Assembly: GCF_031769215.1 (NCBI RefSeq)
Contig: NW_026782081.1
Location: forward strand, 2,604,001 to 2,668,000
Reading direction: 5' to 3'
From: Ylistrum balloti
Lineage: Eukaryota
Length of the DNA stretch: 64,000 nt
The translations under genes were made by a program, and so were the position numbers. Below are positions 13,054-27,919 of the stretch, in pieces; positions within the stretch are counted from its first letter, which is position 1; every line of letters starts with the position of its first letter. Under the pieces are notes generated by a model. That model searched no databases. It had not been told where the DNA came from and saw nothing but the letters and a program-made list of their open reading frames with translations.

Positions 13054-13932
13054 TCAAGCACGTGTTGTCTTTTCTACAAGTTCCTTGGTCATAGAAATCG
13101 GAGGAAGGATGAGAGAACCCTTCTTCTCTAGTCGCAACGATTGAGGGAGTGGTGTTGATTTATTAGGACTGTCAGTTCTAGAAGTTGTTGTTTCTGTGGT
13201 TCCTTCCTTAATTTTTGGCAGCAGTGAATGTTTATTCAATCCCTTATCTTGTTTTTCTTTATCCCTTTCCACGACCAATTGGTCAAACGTGTGCTGGCCA
13301 TTGTTTTCATCATTACTTTTACTAGTGTTTTCTTCTTCCTCTCGCACAAACTTGTAAAAAGGATTAACTAATCCTCGAATTGGAGGTAGGGCTCCTCTAT
13401 GTTTACTAAAAATGTCCTTTCTCTGCCTATCATCGTCCTGCTCTTCGTCTTTTTGTTGTTTCTTTGGTTCTTTTTTCTCCTCTTTGAAATGTTTATCAAA
13501 GTAATTGTGCATTCTTTTCGACATTTCAATAGGTTTGAGAATTTTCCCAGTCTCTATACTCTCCTGAATTTGTTTCCTGACTTTTCGCATTCTTCGAAGT
13601 CTAGGATGATTGTCAGCTATTTGCTGGTCGATGTCACGAGTAAACGCAGGGATTGACTTCCCTCCATAATAACCGAGCATACTTTCCTTAACTTTTGTTG
13701 CCACTCCGTCTCTTCTTATTTTCATACATTGTTTTAGAAATTTCTGACGAATAAGAATTCGTCGCACTGCTGTGGTTGATTTTTCCCAATCCAACGAATG
13801 CTGTACCTTTTCTCTTGTAATGTGCTCGTCTAAGACACCCCATTTTGATTTGATGACGTCGTTAACGATGTAAACGTATTTCCGATGGTTATTTTCACGC
13901 TTTCGAACAATGCCAAGACGTCCTTCATCCAT
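13054..13932 (-). CDS. Uncharacterised 292-aa charged protein, single coding exon
   Basis: 879-nt ORF in ~33% GC DNA with protein-like composition. A tttgtag| acceptor precedes it at 13958 (exon starts 13957, 25 nt before the ATG, open in frame), so an upstream exon is likely. No domain was recognised. Confidence 0.75.
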   Translation of the reverse strand: MDEGRLGIVRKRENNHRKYVYIVNDVIKSKWGVLDEHITREKVQHSLDWEKSTTAVRRILIRQKFLKQCMKIRRDGVATKVKESMLGYYGGKSIPAFTRDIDQQIADNHPRLRRMRKVRKQIQESIETGKILKPIEMSKRMHNYFDKHFKEEKKEPKKQQKDEEQDDDRQRKDIFSKHRGALPPIRGLVNPFYKFVREEEENTSKSNDENNGQHTFDQLVVERDKEKQDKGLNKHSLLPKIKEGTTETTTSRTDSPNKSTPLPQSLRLEKKGSLILPPISMTKELVEKTTRA

Positions 13933-15722
13933 CTTAAACAGTAATGAACGGATCCAGCTACAAACTGATATATTTTATATATATATAAAAAAAACGTTGG
14001 CGGAAATTTGTATTCGCTGTGCAGGATGAATATAAGTCTATTTTTCACTATACACATGTATGATAACATATACGTAGATTCTAAGTATGAATGATATGGT
14101 CGTGTCTAAATTTTTATAACCTAGATATATACACACGTTATCAGAGACTAGTTCTCTTTTTGGACGACGTCCCTCATTAATGTTTCGTTCCTTTTCTATA
14201 TGATTGATGTAATTATATGTAATTGTGGTGAATTTGGATTGGTGGATTTAAAGTCCATTCTCTCTTAGGGCTTCCGACGTCACATTATATATCCCAACAT
14301 AGAAGGATGTTTATTTGGCCAGGTTTCCAGATCCTTAGAAATCCCGACAACCAATCTCACACTGTAAATACAAATAGAGAAAATAAATTGAATATGGTGT
14401 CAGATTTTATCTCTGACATTATACATAGCCAATAGAATTGTCAGTCCAGATATCCTTCACATTATAGGTATAACTATAAGAAGTATAATAGAGTGAAGTC
14501 ATTACCCGTGACTGCAATTAAAGTACTATTGAAAAAAAAAATCGATTATTGGGGAATATGGTGATTTCATTATTTTCATAGACAGCGCACCAATATATAT
14601 TTTCTACTTTATGCCTCAAGTTAAATGTTAAAACAAGATAGGGTCGAGTGGGCAGATCTAAAAACTGTATAACACGTTACTCAACTATTACAGCATTTCA
14701 TTTATTTTGTCCCGATAAAGAAACTGTTTATTGGTTACTTATCAAAGCGTTCTCCTGAGATTGATCAAGGTATGTAAATGTTTGACGGGCTAGAAAAGGC
14801 CTCCAGTGATGTTTGACAGAACAATTTACATTGATTAGTAACTAACTGCAGGGCCGGCTGCTTCTCATGTAAAACAAGTGCCACTTTTAACTTGAACATA
14901 TATAAGGATTTCATTCACATAACATCAGAGAAAATCAATATTCTATGATGTTACATGATAAACATTTTTTGTATTATTTGTGATCATTCTAAAAGTTGTA
15001 TACCTGCAGCAGTGGGGTAGTTTTAGGTATCACAGAAAATGCCATTATTGTGTAAAATGGCTATTCAACTAATTCACAGCTTGTAAAAATCAATAATTTA
15101 GCCTGCAACGCATATATTGTATGTGTATGTTTTTTAAAGAAGCGAGGGCTACAATATTTGTCTCGTTTGCCATGAACTATTTAATGCTTTCACTATAAGA
15201 ATCAAATATAAATCAAACGTCGGATAATACGATCGGATTCATTTTTATTAATTTGAAAAGGATGTGTAAGTACGCCTTTATTAACCTAAGTTCTTCCTAA
15301 GGATATTTCTAGTGTATACAAATACTACTTTCTAAACATAAAACCACGCTTACATTATTTACTGCAAAGTCAAACAGTAACGAAAAAAAATCATTCACAT
15401 GTGATTTTAAATAAACATAATTTCTCTTTGTCAATATGTACAAGGTAATGATTCAAGTGAAAGAAGTTCTTTATGATAAGATAATTGAAGTCACTTCCTT
15501 GAATCCATCTGTTGAACATTTCATGTCAATGTATATATATGCACTATGCCTCCGAGACACAATTATAACCTATAAACGGTCTACATAAAGAATGTACCTG
15601 TACCCATTATCACAGAGCTAATAAAACATACGGATTGCTGGTTTGACACCATCATGTTTGTATGAAGCGATTTCAATATATATATTGTATCACAAGAACT
15701 CAGTGTGTTGTCGAATTCAAAG

Positions 15723-16260
15723 TTAAAGGGAATACCGGCAATATACATTTAGGTCATGGACAGCACGACACAGGAGAGTGTTATAAAAAAGAAGAGAATT
15801 CCAACAAGTGAACATAATTGGAATAAAAAATCAATAAAACTATGGGAAAATATGAGCAAAAGAAAGTTTTACATGGAAACTAAGGCAAAGTATTCCGAAA
15901 TAGTAAGCGTCTTCTGCTTCCTGGACGACACCCGTCATGTTAAAGATATCATATTCAAAGATAAATGTTTCTGTGACTTACAGTTTTCCTTACCGAGCGA
16001 GAATCACAATTGTATGAGTCTGTGTTCATGTACACGCTTAATCTATTCTGAGTATCTTTGAGTACAATGACTATTCAGGGACACCTTATCCAAGTATGCT
16101 ATAGTTGATCAGGGGATCTACCTGGTAAAATACTCACCTTGATATGTTTTACATGTTTTGACATTGTTGAAGTTGTATTATATTCAAACACTCAAATCAT
16201 TTTCTGATAGTTTTCACAATCTTGAGTCGTTCTGTAAACATAAGAAAAATGTTCCCTTTA
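15723..16260. mobile_element. Possible short non-autonomous DNA transposon (TTAA-ended MITE)
   Basis: TTAAAGGGAATA at 15723 faces TGTTCCCTTTAG near 16250-16261, an imperfect ~12-bp inverted repeat. The TIR is short, so chance cannot be excluded. Confidence 0.3.
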
Positions 16261-18557
16261 GCACTTGAGAACTAATCGTGCTGTCGATGACCGCTATGCT
16301 CATAAAGTCGACAAAATGTAGGGTCGGATAAATTTAATACCAGCAATAAGCTACCAGTTTCCTACTTTTTATCACACAGTTAAACTAACTTACAACTAGA
16401 AGACATATACTGGCTTTTAAAGAAAAAACGTAATGATGAAAAAAAAGTATTTATATGATTTCAAATATTAAAATTATTCGCTTTTCAGAACTCATTGTGT
16501 ATTTTTTTTTCGAAATCAGAAGAGCGTGTGTTTTTTACATTAAAGAGGTGTCAACATGAGTGTATTACTATTGACTCTCTCTGATTGAGGTAAGGGGGTG
16601 AGTATATGTGTATCAGAATGCGTGTGTATTCTGACCCCAATCAAATTCAATGTGTAGCTATTTTTTTAAGACAACATAGGGGATAGCTACTGGAAGAGAT
16701 TTTACAATTGTTAACTTCATGTTGGTAGTTGCCCAAAGTGCTAAAGTCGGCATTGATGATCAGGGACACAATGTGTTTTATGTTTCTTATTTTTCGTTGT
16801 TACATGTTGGAACAATCTGCTTCATTTTTTTGCTCTCATTTATCTGTTTAGCAGGGAGCGGGGACTGACAGGTCGTTATTTCAAATAGCATACTGACGAA
16901 TATAGAAGACAATAATGGGTACAAGTACATAGATGATCAATGATTAGGGAACAAACATTGAATCATGGTGTGAGTTTCATTACTATTGGAATCAATGGAG
17001 TGCGTAATTCACATTCATAACGGAATTTAGAATAATTAATACTGGTCCAGGAGCACAATAGTAATGAGCGTTGATATGCCACATATCTGACCAATCTAGA
17101 ACATATCATTTCTTCAGTAAAAAATGATCGATGATATTTAGAACAGACTTTATTATTGTCATTAGGGAATGATTTATCAATATGTTAATTGCCATTTAAA
17201 GATTTAGGTATTCACGTTCACCTGTTTTGTCGTTCTTGTGGGATGCAACTCGGTACTCACTTCGAGAACATGACATTACTTATATTGGATCACTGGTTAT
17301 GATACCATTGACGTTGACAACCAGAAGACACGTTCTGTCATTTTCAGTTTATCTGTGTTCATATTTTCATTGATTTTGAAGGCCTTAGCATGTACTATAT
17401 CAATCAGTATCCCAAACCTGCTTAACTAACACAAAATTCACAAACTTTCCCAGATATGTTTGAACGAAAAAACTTTTAAATCATTAAAAAGCTATTGCAC
17501 ATCTCTATGAGGAAACCTATTTACATATTCCTTGAACATATCTTTATCATATAAAGAGAAATCTGACAAAATTTAATGCTATTTTTGTAAACTTAAATAT
17601 AGTAAGTGGATGATGTATATATATATTCAAGGGGTGATATGAAAATTGATACCTTATTTCAAACTGGTTGCGAAGACTATTCATAACGCCAGTCAACCAG
17701 GAAGTGTATACGTGTATACGTGTTTATGTAGATTACAGACGATAAAGAAATCTATAGAAAATTTCAAGATTATCAAACACCAAACTGAATTTTAAACGTT
17801 TACCAGAAATAAGATAAAAAATTACTCTAAATATTACACTTACCTCAAAATGTGTAAGATTTTATCGTCCTTACAGAAATTAGAAACAATGCATCATTGA
17901 TATATATGACATCATATTGCTATTATTGGCATGTTGGCTGTAGATAAACAACTAAGGGGCATTTGTATGGGATGGGCTAATTTATCATTGTAATGTATAA
18001 AGGGATATGTGATTGTATCGATCTTTTTTGTTTTTGCTTTTAAGCGTGCTTTAAATTTTTCCTTTATTGCTCATAAAACGACACATATTGCTGAATGCCC
18101 ATATATAGACGTGTACTAGGTGTGTGTATAGTAATATCATGGTTATGGAGATCAAATACACATAATTAAGTGTAAAAGGTACAAAGCGGCCGAAATTCCA
18201 AATAATTTACCAAATCTTTAGGAATTTAGATGATTACGGTATTAAACTTAATATAGCTATCTCCTTGTCTTAATTTGCATGCTATATAAATTATGTGTAT
18301 TTGTCTACATGCTTATGCAAAAGTTAAAGAACATTTTTTTTGTAGAATTACGTCATTACTTAAAAGTTTTGAAACGTATTGAAATGATAACTTTATAAAT
18401 CTTTTCAAGATATTAATCTTAGAAAATTTTGATAACACGAAACATTGTTTGAATAAGTTTGATAAATACGAAAGGATTACGCCGATTATGACTTTTACAT
18501 TAAACAGAAGGACATATTAATCATATTGAACAATTGCTCTTAATAAACGATAGGGTT

Positions 18558-18750
18558 TTAATGTCCTATAAAACACGGTGTTGGCTGCTTTTGTAAATAA
18601 TTTGAGATTCCTAGACAGATATAAGCAATGTATGATTTATGAAATTGAAAGGATCTTTTATTACTGATGTGATTAAACCCACGCCAAGGTTTTAAACAAG
18701 TTCCTTCACCATAAACAAACTGTTTTATCAACAAATCGATAGGACCTTAA
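18558..18750. mobile_element. Possible 193-bp MITE with TTAA ends
   Basis: TTAATGTCCTAT (18558-18569) and ATAGGACCTTAA (18739-18750) are 11/12 inverted matches including TTAA. Confidence 0.35.
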
Positions 18751-21700
18751 TTGACATCCATAACGTATGCTTATGGCTTGTAATCAAATGAGAAATTATA
18801 CTCTTTTGAATTCACATAATAATATCCAATGAATGTATTTGAAAAATGTTGTTCATTAAGATAAATGTGATTGTAATGATTGGAATTGTAGTGATTGTGA
18901 ATCATTCTAGGTTTTTTGTACCTAAAGATTACTTATCTACCAAAAGCCTAATTCAACATAGCCATAAAATATTAACTTCTGAAAAATCACACCATAGTGA
19001 CGCATAATCTTTACCTTCCTCATAATGCTTTGTTGCATCGACAAATCGTGAATCAAGAAACGAAATTTGCTTTCGAAAACCAATTCAACGAACCTCCACA
19101 AATACTGAACAAAGTATATTCAACATTAATCAAGCTTCCTTGTGAAACATACCGTAACGAACGTATGAACGCGAAGTTAATAAATATGATAATTTCCTGA
19201 TTACATTGTATATTTATCAATAAGATATAACATACAATACTATGTATTTCTACTGTGTGAAACTCAATTACACGTAATAACTTGTCATTTAGATATTTAT
19301 ATGGCGTTTAAACTTATTGATTGATTTCAAATCACAATTTATTTTCGTACACTATAAACATTTTAAACAAACTTTTGTTAATACAGCTGCACCTGGTCTG
19401 TGAAAAGGAAGTTATCTTGGAGATACATAGATTTATAAAGTTGGGAGGATTCATCAATATTTAACCTATAAAATATCACTGGTGTTTCCTTTATAATACG
19501 GAAGGACATATGAAACTGAACATGCTCACTCTTGATTTCGAATGATAATATGTGAGTAAGCTTATTATAATTAAACCATTACAAAATCAAGCCACTTGAT
19601 AAATACGCTGAACACCTTACATCTATAAAACTTTCCACATATATCTAAATAGTATTTTATTTTGATTTCTAAAATTGCTCTGGGTTTGAAGAGAAGAAGT
19701 AAATAATAGCCCCCACCCCATCCCCACCACATTCTGCACCTGGTGATTGCACATGTTAAATATCTCAGGGATTTTTAGCATATTATATAAATATATGTAT
19801 GATATCATATAATTTGAGATTTATTCAATTAAATTGACTTGCACATTACATACAATTCGCCCATGCCAAGATATACAAAACGGCGTTTGCCATTGCAATT
19901 TTAAATAATTGTTATATTACGGAAGATGAATAATGAGACACGAATAACTGACGGCCAGGCCGATGTTTTATAAATTCGCTTAACAGCCATGATGAATTAT
20001 ATAACCTTGTAGCAAAGTAAAGTCTATAAGTCTGTAGTGAAGTGTACGGCGGCGACCGTTAAATGTTTGGATATAGTTGTTGAAGACATCTGGGTTTATG
20101 ACGCAACAGTTCAATATACATGTATAAAGAGTAACAGAATCGAGGCATTGTCTCGGGATTGATTGCATAATATTATCGACATCTGAAAACATACGGATTA
20201 GTAAGTTAGTGTTGGAATTTGTACAATGCCTAGATAACAACGGAAAATAAGGTCATTATTCGCACAACATCGGGAAATTATATATTTCAAAAAGCTGTAA
20301 GTAGCTGGGGAAAGTACAACACAATATCACAATTCAAACAACAAGGGAATGATACAACGAAAACAACGGAATATGATGTCGTCACTAGTAAAATGGCGAT
20401 TAATGACACAGATAAAATCCGGGAGTTATCATTGCCAAAAATGTAGAAACGGAGTCACATTCTCAAAATTCACAGCGAAAAATAATCTCGACACTAAAAA
20501 ATAATGTTATGTTATGTCAATAAAGAAAGAAACAAAGAAAAATGTTATCGAAACAAACGATTCAGCTGGGAATCATCAGCACTACTACAATCACATACCT
20601 ATATCAACAAAGGACATATACTACCGTGTCGTACATATTGCAACGAACATTATATATAAAAAAATACATACCAATATCACCAAACTTTTTGCGATCTTCA
20701 GACCAGACGCATTCAATAATGGTTAATATTGTCAAATATCAATATCCACTAATACTACCTGCTATAGATTCATTTATACACCATTAATCACCACGATATA
20801 CCACAATACAAACAATATATTACTATTGACATTACCATCCAGACGGCCATGCTCCGCAATTATATAGTCTATAGTGCCTTTTAAAACACACAATTTAGCT
20901 GTAAGGGGTTTGATGAAGGTTTAAGCATTCAACTATTATTTTTGTTATCATTACTTTGTTATATATAACTATGGAACTAATCATCACTATTTCTATAATG
21001 TCAGGTTTTACTTACCTTTTCACTTTGACGAAAAAGACTCGAAATTATAAACTGAAAACACTTAATACACACCACATAGCTTTTAAAATCTTTCTTAAGA
21101 TAAGTTATGTTGTAACTTATATATTTGATGCATCATGTTTTAACCAGTCGATGCAATTGTCTGTGAATAATTATTTACTTACCTGAGTAAATGATCTACT
21201 TCGTTAGCATATGGGTACCGCGTAGACATGAATCACAAGACATTTCTCACCACGAGTATCCTACCTGTACTAAATCCACTGATGGCCTCCGCTGTGTCCG
21301 AGGATAATCACACACCAATTACTTACCCGGTCTGCAGGTAAATGAATACAGGTAACACGCAGTAAAGGAAGGAAACAAGATACGAAAAGATTACTCAGCT
21401 TACACATATTGTATTAGCAAAATATAGACAACCCCAATCTCGTCCTGGTCTCTTACTTACCTAACAATTTGGAGTGTTACCCTATCGGTAATTTATCTAC
21501 TCAATTTATCAGTTCTGGACAAGTCATGAATTTATATAAGGTAAGACATTTACTTTATGATATAACAGCACTTTATATGTGTAGTCACTCTTCTATAGAG
21601 ACCCGTATGTTTGGAATTACAGCAGGATAATTAAATACCCGGTGATATTATGTTACTTCACAGGTTCCATCCTGCTTAGGTATAAATCACAATTATTGTT

Positions 21701-24700
21701 TATTTGATATCTTACCGTCGACGTTTAAACGCATATAAAGAAATATGTTTATTTAGGGTTACAAAGTAAAGAAAAGGACACAAATAACAAAAGGTTTGTA
21801 TTCAATATAACTTTGGTATACGATCTATGAAAGGGACACGTTTAAAATGTCATACAAGAGACAGTCTATGTAAAATGAATAAACAAGATTCTTTCAATAA
21901 GGGTTATAATATATGTGTGTTAATATCTACTAAATACATATACCTGTCCAACGTTAAAGAGAAACCATGTCAATCTATCATGTGAATATATATATATCGT
22001 TAATAGATTAGAAAAGGTTTGAAACGTGTTATTATCCTTATTAAGTAAAAGTAAAATATTAAATGGTTATCTATTGTGTCACAAACAGAAGCAACAAAAA
22101 GAAAAGGGTTATTGTAAAACAGGAATAGGATCGAGAAATTAATTGTTGTAGCAGAGTTTACAAAATAGCTTGTATACTTTCCGCTGTAGGAGATCTTTTT
22201 TATAATTAAAAAATCCACAAATAATGGGCACCTATACTTTAATCTAATATAAAGACGGCTAAGTTCTGTAACGATTCCCAATACTTGTCACTCAGTATTG
22301 ATATAAAAACTATTAACCCTTAACATATTTCTATTTTCAGACGGAAACATGATAGCTTAATCGAGGCGTTGTACCTTTCATTTGGAGAAGGTAATTGATC
22401 TACAACATTGAATACATCTAAACATGGGTAGCTTCATGTGTGTTTTTACTTGCAACAACAAAGAGTATAATACCAGCTATTTATGAAAATATATCTATAA
22501 ATAAAAATGACAATAAAAATAAATAATGTATATCTTAATTCATAATGGACTACTAAATTCAATATCCAAGTCAAAATTCATCAAAGATAAAAAGAACAAC
22601 CTCAATATCTCTGATCTGGCTAAAGGACGAGGCGACATGCGGAAAAATCTTTTACAGAAACAGCTAAATGATTGTAGAACATTCATGAAAAAAAACGTGA
22701 ATTTGATTCATTTATAAAAATTACGAAACAATTTATCAATTTATGTTTATCATGCCAATAATGATACCCAACTTACCACTTCCAGTTTCAAGTATACGAT
22801 TTAGGAATGTCGAAATCTGGGGAAATGATCTGACATGTTGCTGATTTCAACATCAATGCAATATTTCAAATGCAAAATATTTTATCTATTTTTCATCAGG
22901 TCGTTTTTATATTATCCATTATTTTCAGCTTCCTTCACCTGGCTTTGCGTTAAAATCTACCTTTATATTTGTACATTTTTACAGTACATATCGTGTTTGA
23001 GACTAGATACATGACGTAAATTATCTTTTTATTGCACAACAACGGAAATAATTTAATTATTGATAGATTCGAGTAACCATGTTTTGATTTGTGTGTGGTT
23101 ATCCGAGTGCTATATAAACGGAATATAAACACACCACATTAACGACATAGTCAGCTAATACGATAAAAACGTCATTTCACTCAGACAGGCGATATAGGAG
23201 AACAGATACATTGTACATACATAGAATAATGAAAATAGAATGTTGAAGTTGCTTGTAATAACACATATACGACAGCAATTTTTAAATGTTATACATACTT
23301 AATGTTATCTTCAATGTTAATACTTACATTAGGTAGTCACGACGATCACAGTGCATGTGAACATTTGATTATGTTCATGCTATGGCTCGCTTTTTATAGT
23401 CCTACTGTGACATTAATAATCCGATATTAACGTTTTGTCGTCTGTCAAAAAGTAACGTGACAAACAATCGGCAAAAGGCAATAAAATCAAAATGTCATTC
23501 AAAATATTGTAAACTGAAAAAGTGAAAATAGATAGAATAGCACCGTCGCCAGTGTATAATCCAGTAGATCAAACAATCCTTAACATTCCGCCGAATCGAT
23601 GAGACAACATTGTATCAGTGCCTTTATTGATAACGGTAAGGCAGACCCTTCACACGTTTCTCACAATACATGTGTCTGTTGTATCTTACTCTGTAGAAAA
23701 CTACTGCGACATGAATTTTTATAGCACCTAGTACAGATATGTAAATCATAAACAATTAAGGCAATGTATTCGATGGTATCGACCTGAGACTTGATAAATA
23801 CCATATGTGGATTACAGAATTTATATGGGAGCCTGAGTTTTCATATAATGAGTCTTTTGACCCCGATTACGCTTGCTGCTAGTCTAATGATGACAGTTAA
23901 TGTCATTAATGCGAAATCCGGGCGCTTTGTGTGCACCTTATATTCGGGTACAGACGATAGAACAAATGGTATCACCTATTCCTATTCTTCCGTCTAATGG
24001 TAAATGATATCAACATTTGAATAAAAAAATGAATGAATGAATAAATAAACCATAGTCTCTCACTTTGTATTTAGTTTATAATTCACGATCCAGTTCTGGG
24101 GTACTAGGTAAACATGATACCTTAACAAGTCACCTTCTTTGTCTTATTTTTTGCAAACTTCTCTTCAAATTAGTCTGATCCTTATATTTACGTTACAATG
24201 ATATTACAGTTATGTAACTGATCATAGACCTACGTAGCCCAAGGAGTGTATATCGAAGGTTTGTGATTCGACACTGCCAACGCATGGCAGTTTGTGTTCA
24301 TGTGGAAGCTGAGAAATGGACCGGTCTCTGCCAACATGGTTGTGTCTTTGTGAAAGATCGTTATACAAATTCCCTGAAAGACATGTGACGGGCCTCCCAT
24401 ATGCTACGCAGTGAGGTAACCACCAGCTATTACAAGAAGATTCCGCCTCAGAATGAACCTGGCTGTTCACAGGACGATAATCTTAGCAAACAAACAATCA
24501 ATTATGTGTATGGAAGGTATGGCTAAAACATTACTCATGTACTATATTCCCTAGTAACATCTATCCCGTACATTGTTTGGCAGGTTAATTACATTTCAGT
24601 AGCATTCCACAGATCCGGCCTAAACAAAGTTCCAGTAAGGGTATTTTTGTGCATAGTAAATACTTGCCTATGTGATTGATACATTCAGAATAAAGCGAAT

Positions 24701-25500
24701 ATCGGTTGCCTCATTGCAAAGACCTGGTCTTTTCTGATACTTTTTATTTTAAATTATGTGTCGTTTAAAGTCTTCCACAGAATTTCATAAGTATATAGAT
24801 ACCTGATTTAAAGTAATCTAACTTGTGTTCATATATTACAATGAGGTGCGACAGAAAATACCTTACGGCTTGATGTTACAAAGGATCACACCTGTTAAAT
24901 CCCCTGTCTGTGACGAATCACCATAAGCTGTGGCTGTTCGAGGTTATTAATAGCCACAAGCAGAGGAAACTTTAAATCTATCACCTCAACAATACGTCCT
25001 GCTGGGACGTGCTAGGAAATTATCACTTTAATACCATGTAGCTCTGGGAACATGACAATAGAACATTAACACTCTCTAATGCCGGAGAGATAATAAACAT
25101 AATGTAATATACCAATGGAGAGACCACATTTGTATACCATAACCGTATACTAGTGGTGTATACCGTGTAACTTGTAGCGTTTTATGACTTTCAGGTAACA
25201 TTCTATATATAATACGGATATAATACATCATGTTGTTTACCATTTGAAATCATATTCTCAGTCATTAAAGAAAAAACAAAGATATCAACATCAGCATACT
25301 TCGATGAATGTGGGTGGTGAAATAAAATAAGTGTTGATAGGAAAGCGGGAAGTGCTCGACATCAAGCTCTTCTTTTCATTTTTCGACAAATTCTTTCCAG
25401 TCATTGGAATGAGACAGAAATGTCAGAGCCCTAGACATAGTGAAGAACACTATATTAGACTTCTTGGCACTGCTACACCACATCGTTGCATAAGTAATTT

Positions 25501-25680
25501 TGGAAGATTGATTTTGCAAATAAGGGAGCGGATGCTATTAAAATAAGCAATATTTTACTTAAGAAGTTTACTTACATCCCAGCATACTTTCAATTCAGAA
25601 ATGTATCCGACATTTTGAGCAGTTACTTCAAGTCCACTGCATCCAAACTGTTCATTTACAAACACTCCAGCAGTTGAATG
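25501..25680 (+). mobile_element. Second decayed fragment of the same retroelement family as 480-950
   Basis: Translates as WKIDFANKGADAIKISNILLKKFTYIPAYFQFRNVSDILSSYFKSTASKLFIYKHSSS*, sharing the FANKG..AI segment with 711-947. It is in a different frame from the listed 25331-25546 ORF. Confidence 0.55.
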
Positions 25681-27205
25681 ACAACGCAATCTTATTTTAC
25701 CTCATCTTTTTTCTGTATTACCTAACATCTAATGGTCTAGCTCAGCGAAAAGTTTGGTATCGATTTGAGTAAAGCTGAATTATCTGTAATTGGTAAATAT
25801 TGTCTGCAGAAACCAACACTGACGTGTACACAGCTTGGTTTTCCAAAACGTGTTCTGTAAGAAATGCTCTGGATACTTCCTTCATGTATATCAATATGTT
25901 TATAATATTTCCCACTTACACGGAAAACTGGCTCAAGGGGCGATATTAAGCATCAGATATTGAATTACACACACTTATGTACGGACCATGTAATCCTTAT
26001 TACTATTCGCCATTTTGTGGCTATGCTTTTTGCTCATTTATTTTATTGTTATTCTATTGCTTATTTTCCCTTTCAATTTCTTCGGGTTTCTATTCTCTCT
26101 TTTACCGATGGATTTTTAATACAATGAAGAGAGCAAAATGGATTACTCATTCCTGTATATACAAGCAATCGCTTGGAAAAGACTGTCATTGTTATGTCCA
26201 TAACATCGTCGTGATACAAATGTACAAGAAAAATTGATTGATGCATTCGGAGTCTTAATTAAAAAATACTGCTTAAATGTTTTAATAGAATGATATTCCT
26301 AAAATATTATACTTATGCGTCTGTAATGTGGCTTATGCACGAACAATATAGCTAATTATACTTAACATACATTAACACACGCGAAACTGACATAAGGAGG
26401 TGATGTAATGTACTATAATCTCTAAATTGCATGCTTCCCTTTTACACAGTTTACTTCAGTTTTGCCAATACATGTACTCTTTCCTTAACGTCAACGTTTA
26501 TAACGGTAACTTGAAACATTTAAATATGATATTTCTGTCAGGTGTTTTTGACTCATAGATATTAATGACACACATGCAATCTGACACATGCCATCAAATG
26601 ATTATCTAGCTGAAGCCCGATTAAGCTCTCCCAAATAAACATCTCGGAAGACGGTTAATTCCTTGATTTACATCTGAACAAAAACATACAAGAATCAATT
26701 AATCAATTTCATTTAGTGTTTTTTAAACTGTAATTTCGATGAATATCCCGTAAAATCCTGTCGAAGAAGAGCGTGCAAACAAAGGTACATAACTCTTCAA
26801 TTCTTAAGAGGAGTCGAACAAAACAAAGATTAAAATATAATGTCATATATCTGTTTCGAGCAACGTCCTGGTTGGTGATTCGTTTAGAAGTTATACGAGT
26901 AATTTTCTTTAGTAGCTAGAAAATAACGTTTCATTCGGAAGAATTCAAAATGAATAAAAGTTTCAAAATCAAGCAATACAACATATGATTTTTTCTCAAT
27001 TTCTCATACAACTCACCGCTGTGTTAACTGGTACATGTATATTAACTGCATATGAAAATCGCTACCATTTTAAAAAATATAAGATGCTATCTATAGAAAG
27101 ACAATGACAAATATATCAAGTCAATAACAAAATATATTTTAAAATTTATGATGGAAAGGCCTTATGTACACGTACTAGTGTTTAACCTACATGCATTTAC
27201 TAGGA

Positions 27206-27919
27206 ACATATTTAAGAAGAAAAAAGACATTGTCGACTTTTGTCTTAATTGTTACAATGTTGTATAAAGTTGTTGTGTCAATTACACTAACTGTTTTCAT
27301 GGAAATGGAATCAGAAAAACAACACAACAAAAGATAACATCATTAGCATAAACATGTCACTTTATTACTAAATATAAACAAAGTTAGTCAGATTGTTTTC
27401 ATTTGGAGGAAAACAATCGTCATTCAACTTTGCAAGCATTCGTGTTACTAGCTTTAGTCATAAAGTCACCCTGATTTGTTATATTTTGTGCAATATAAAT
27501 CTACATTTAACGAAGTCATCATTTGCATTGATATCAACATCAACATCACGTTTATAAAACGACATATATTTTTAAGAAGAAAAAGACATTGTCAACTTTT
27601 GTCTTAATTGTTACAATGTTGTATAAAGTTGTTGTATCAATTACACTGTTTTCATTGAAATTGAACCAGAAAAACAACACAACAAAAGATAACAGAATTA
27701 GCATAAACATGTCACTTTATGACTAAATATAAACAAAGTTAGTCAGATTGTTTTCATTTGGAGGAAAACCATCGTCATTCAACTTTGCAAGCATTCGTGT
27801 TACTAGCTTTAGTCATAAAGTCACCCTGATTTGCTATATTTTGTGCAATATAAATCTGTATTCAACGAAGTCATCATTTGCATTGATATCAACATCATCA
27901 ACATCACATTTATAAAACG
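27206..27919. repeat. Tandem duplication, two ~357-bp units
   Basis: Units start at ~27206 and ~27562 (TTTAAGAAGAAAAAGACATTGTC...) and both end ...TTATAAAACG. They are near-identical apart from scattered substitutions and small indels. Confidence 0.9.

Noticed and set aside
14073-14361. Upstream coding exon for the 292-aa orphan
   Set aside because: It has a good acceptor, but each frame contains a stop and no donor matches the phase-2 acceptor at 13957. It could only be UTR.
24200-24470. GC-richer island with an 82-aa minus-strand ORF
   Set aside because: I translated the frames on both strands and recognised nothing. Frames with usable splice sites contain stops, so it is not supportable as a third desaturase fragment or an exon.
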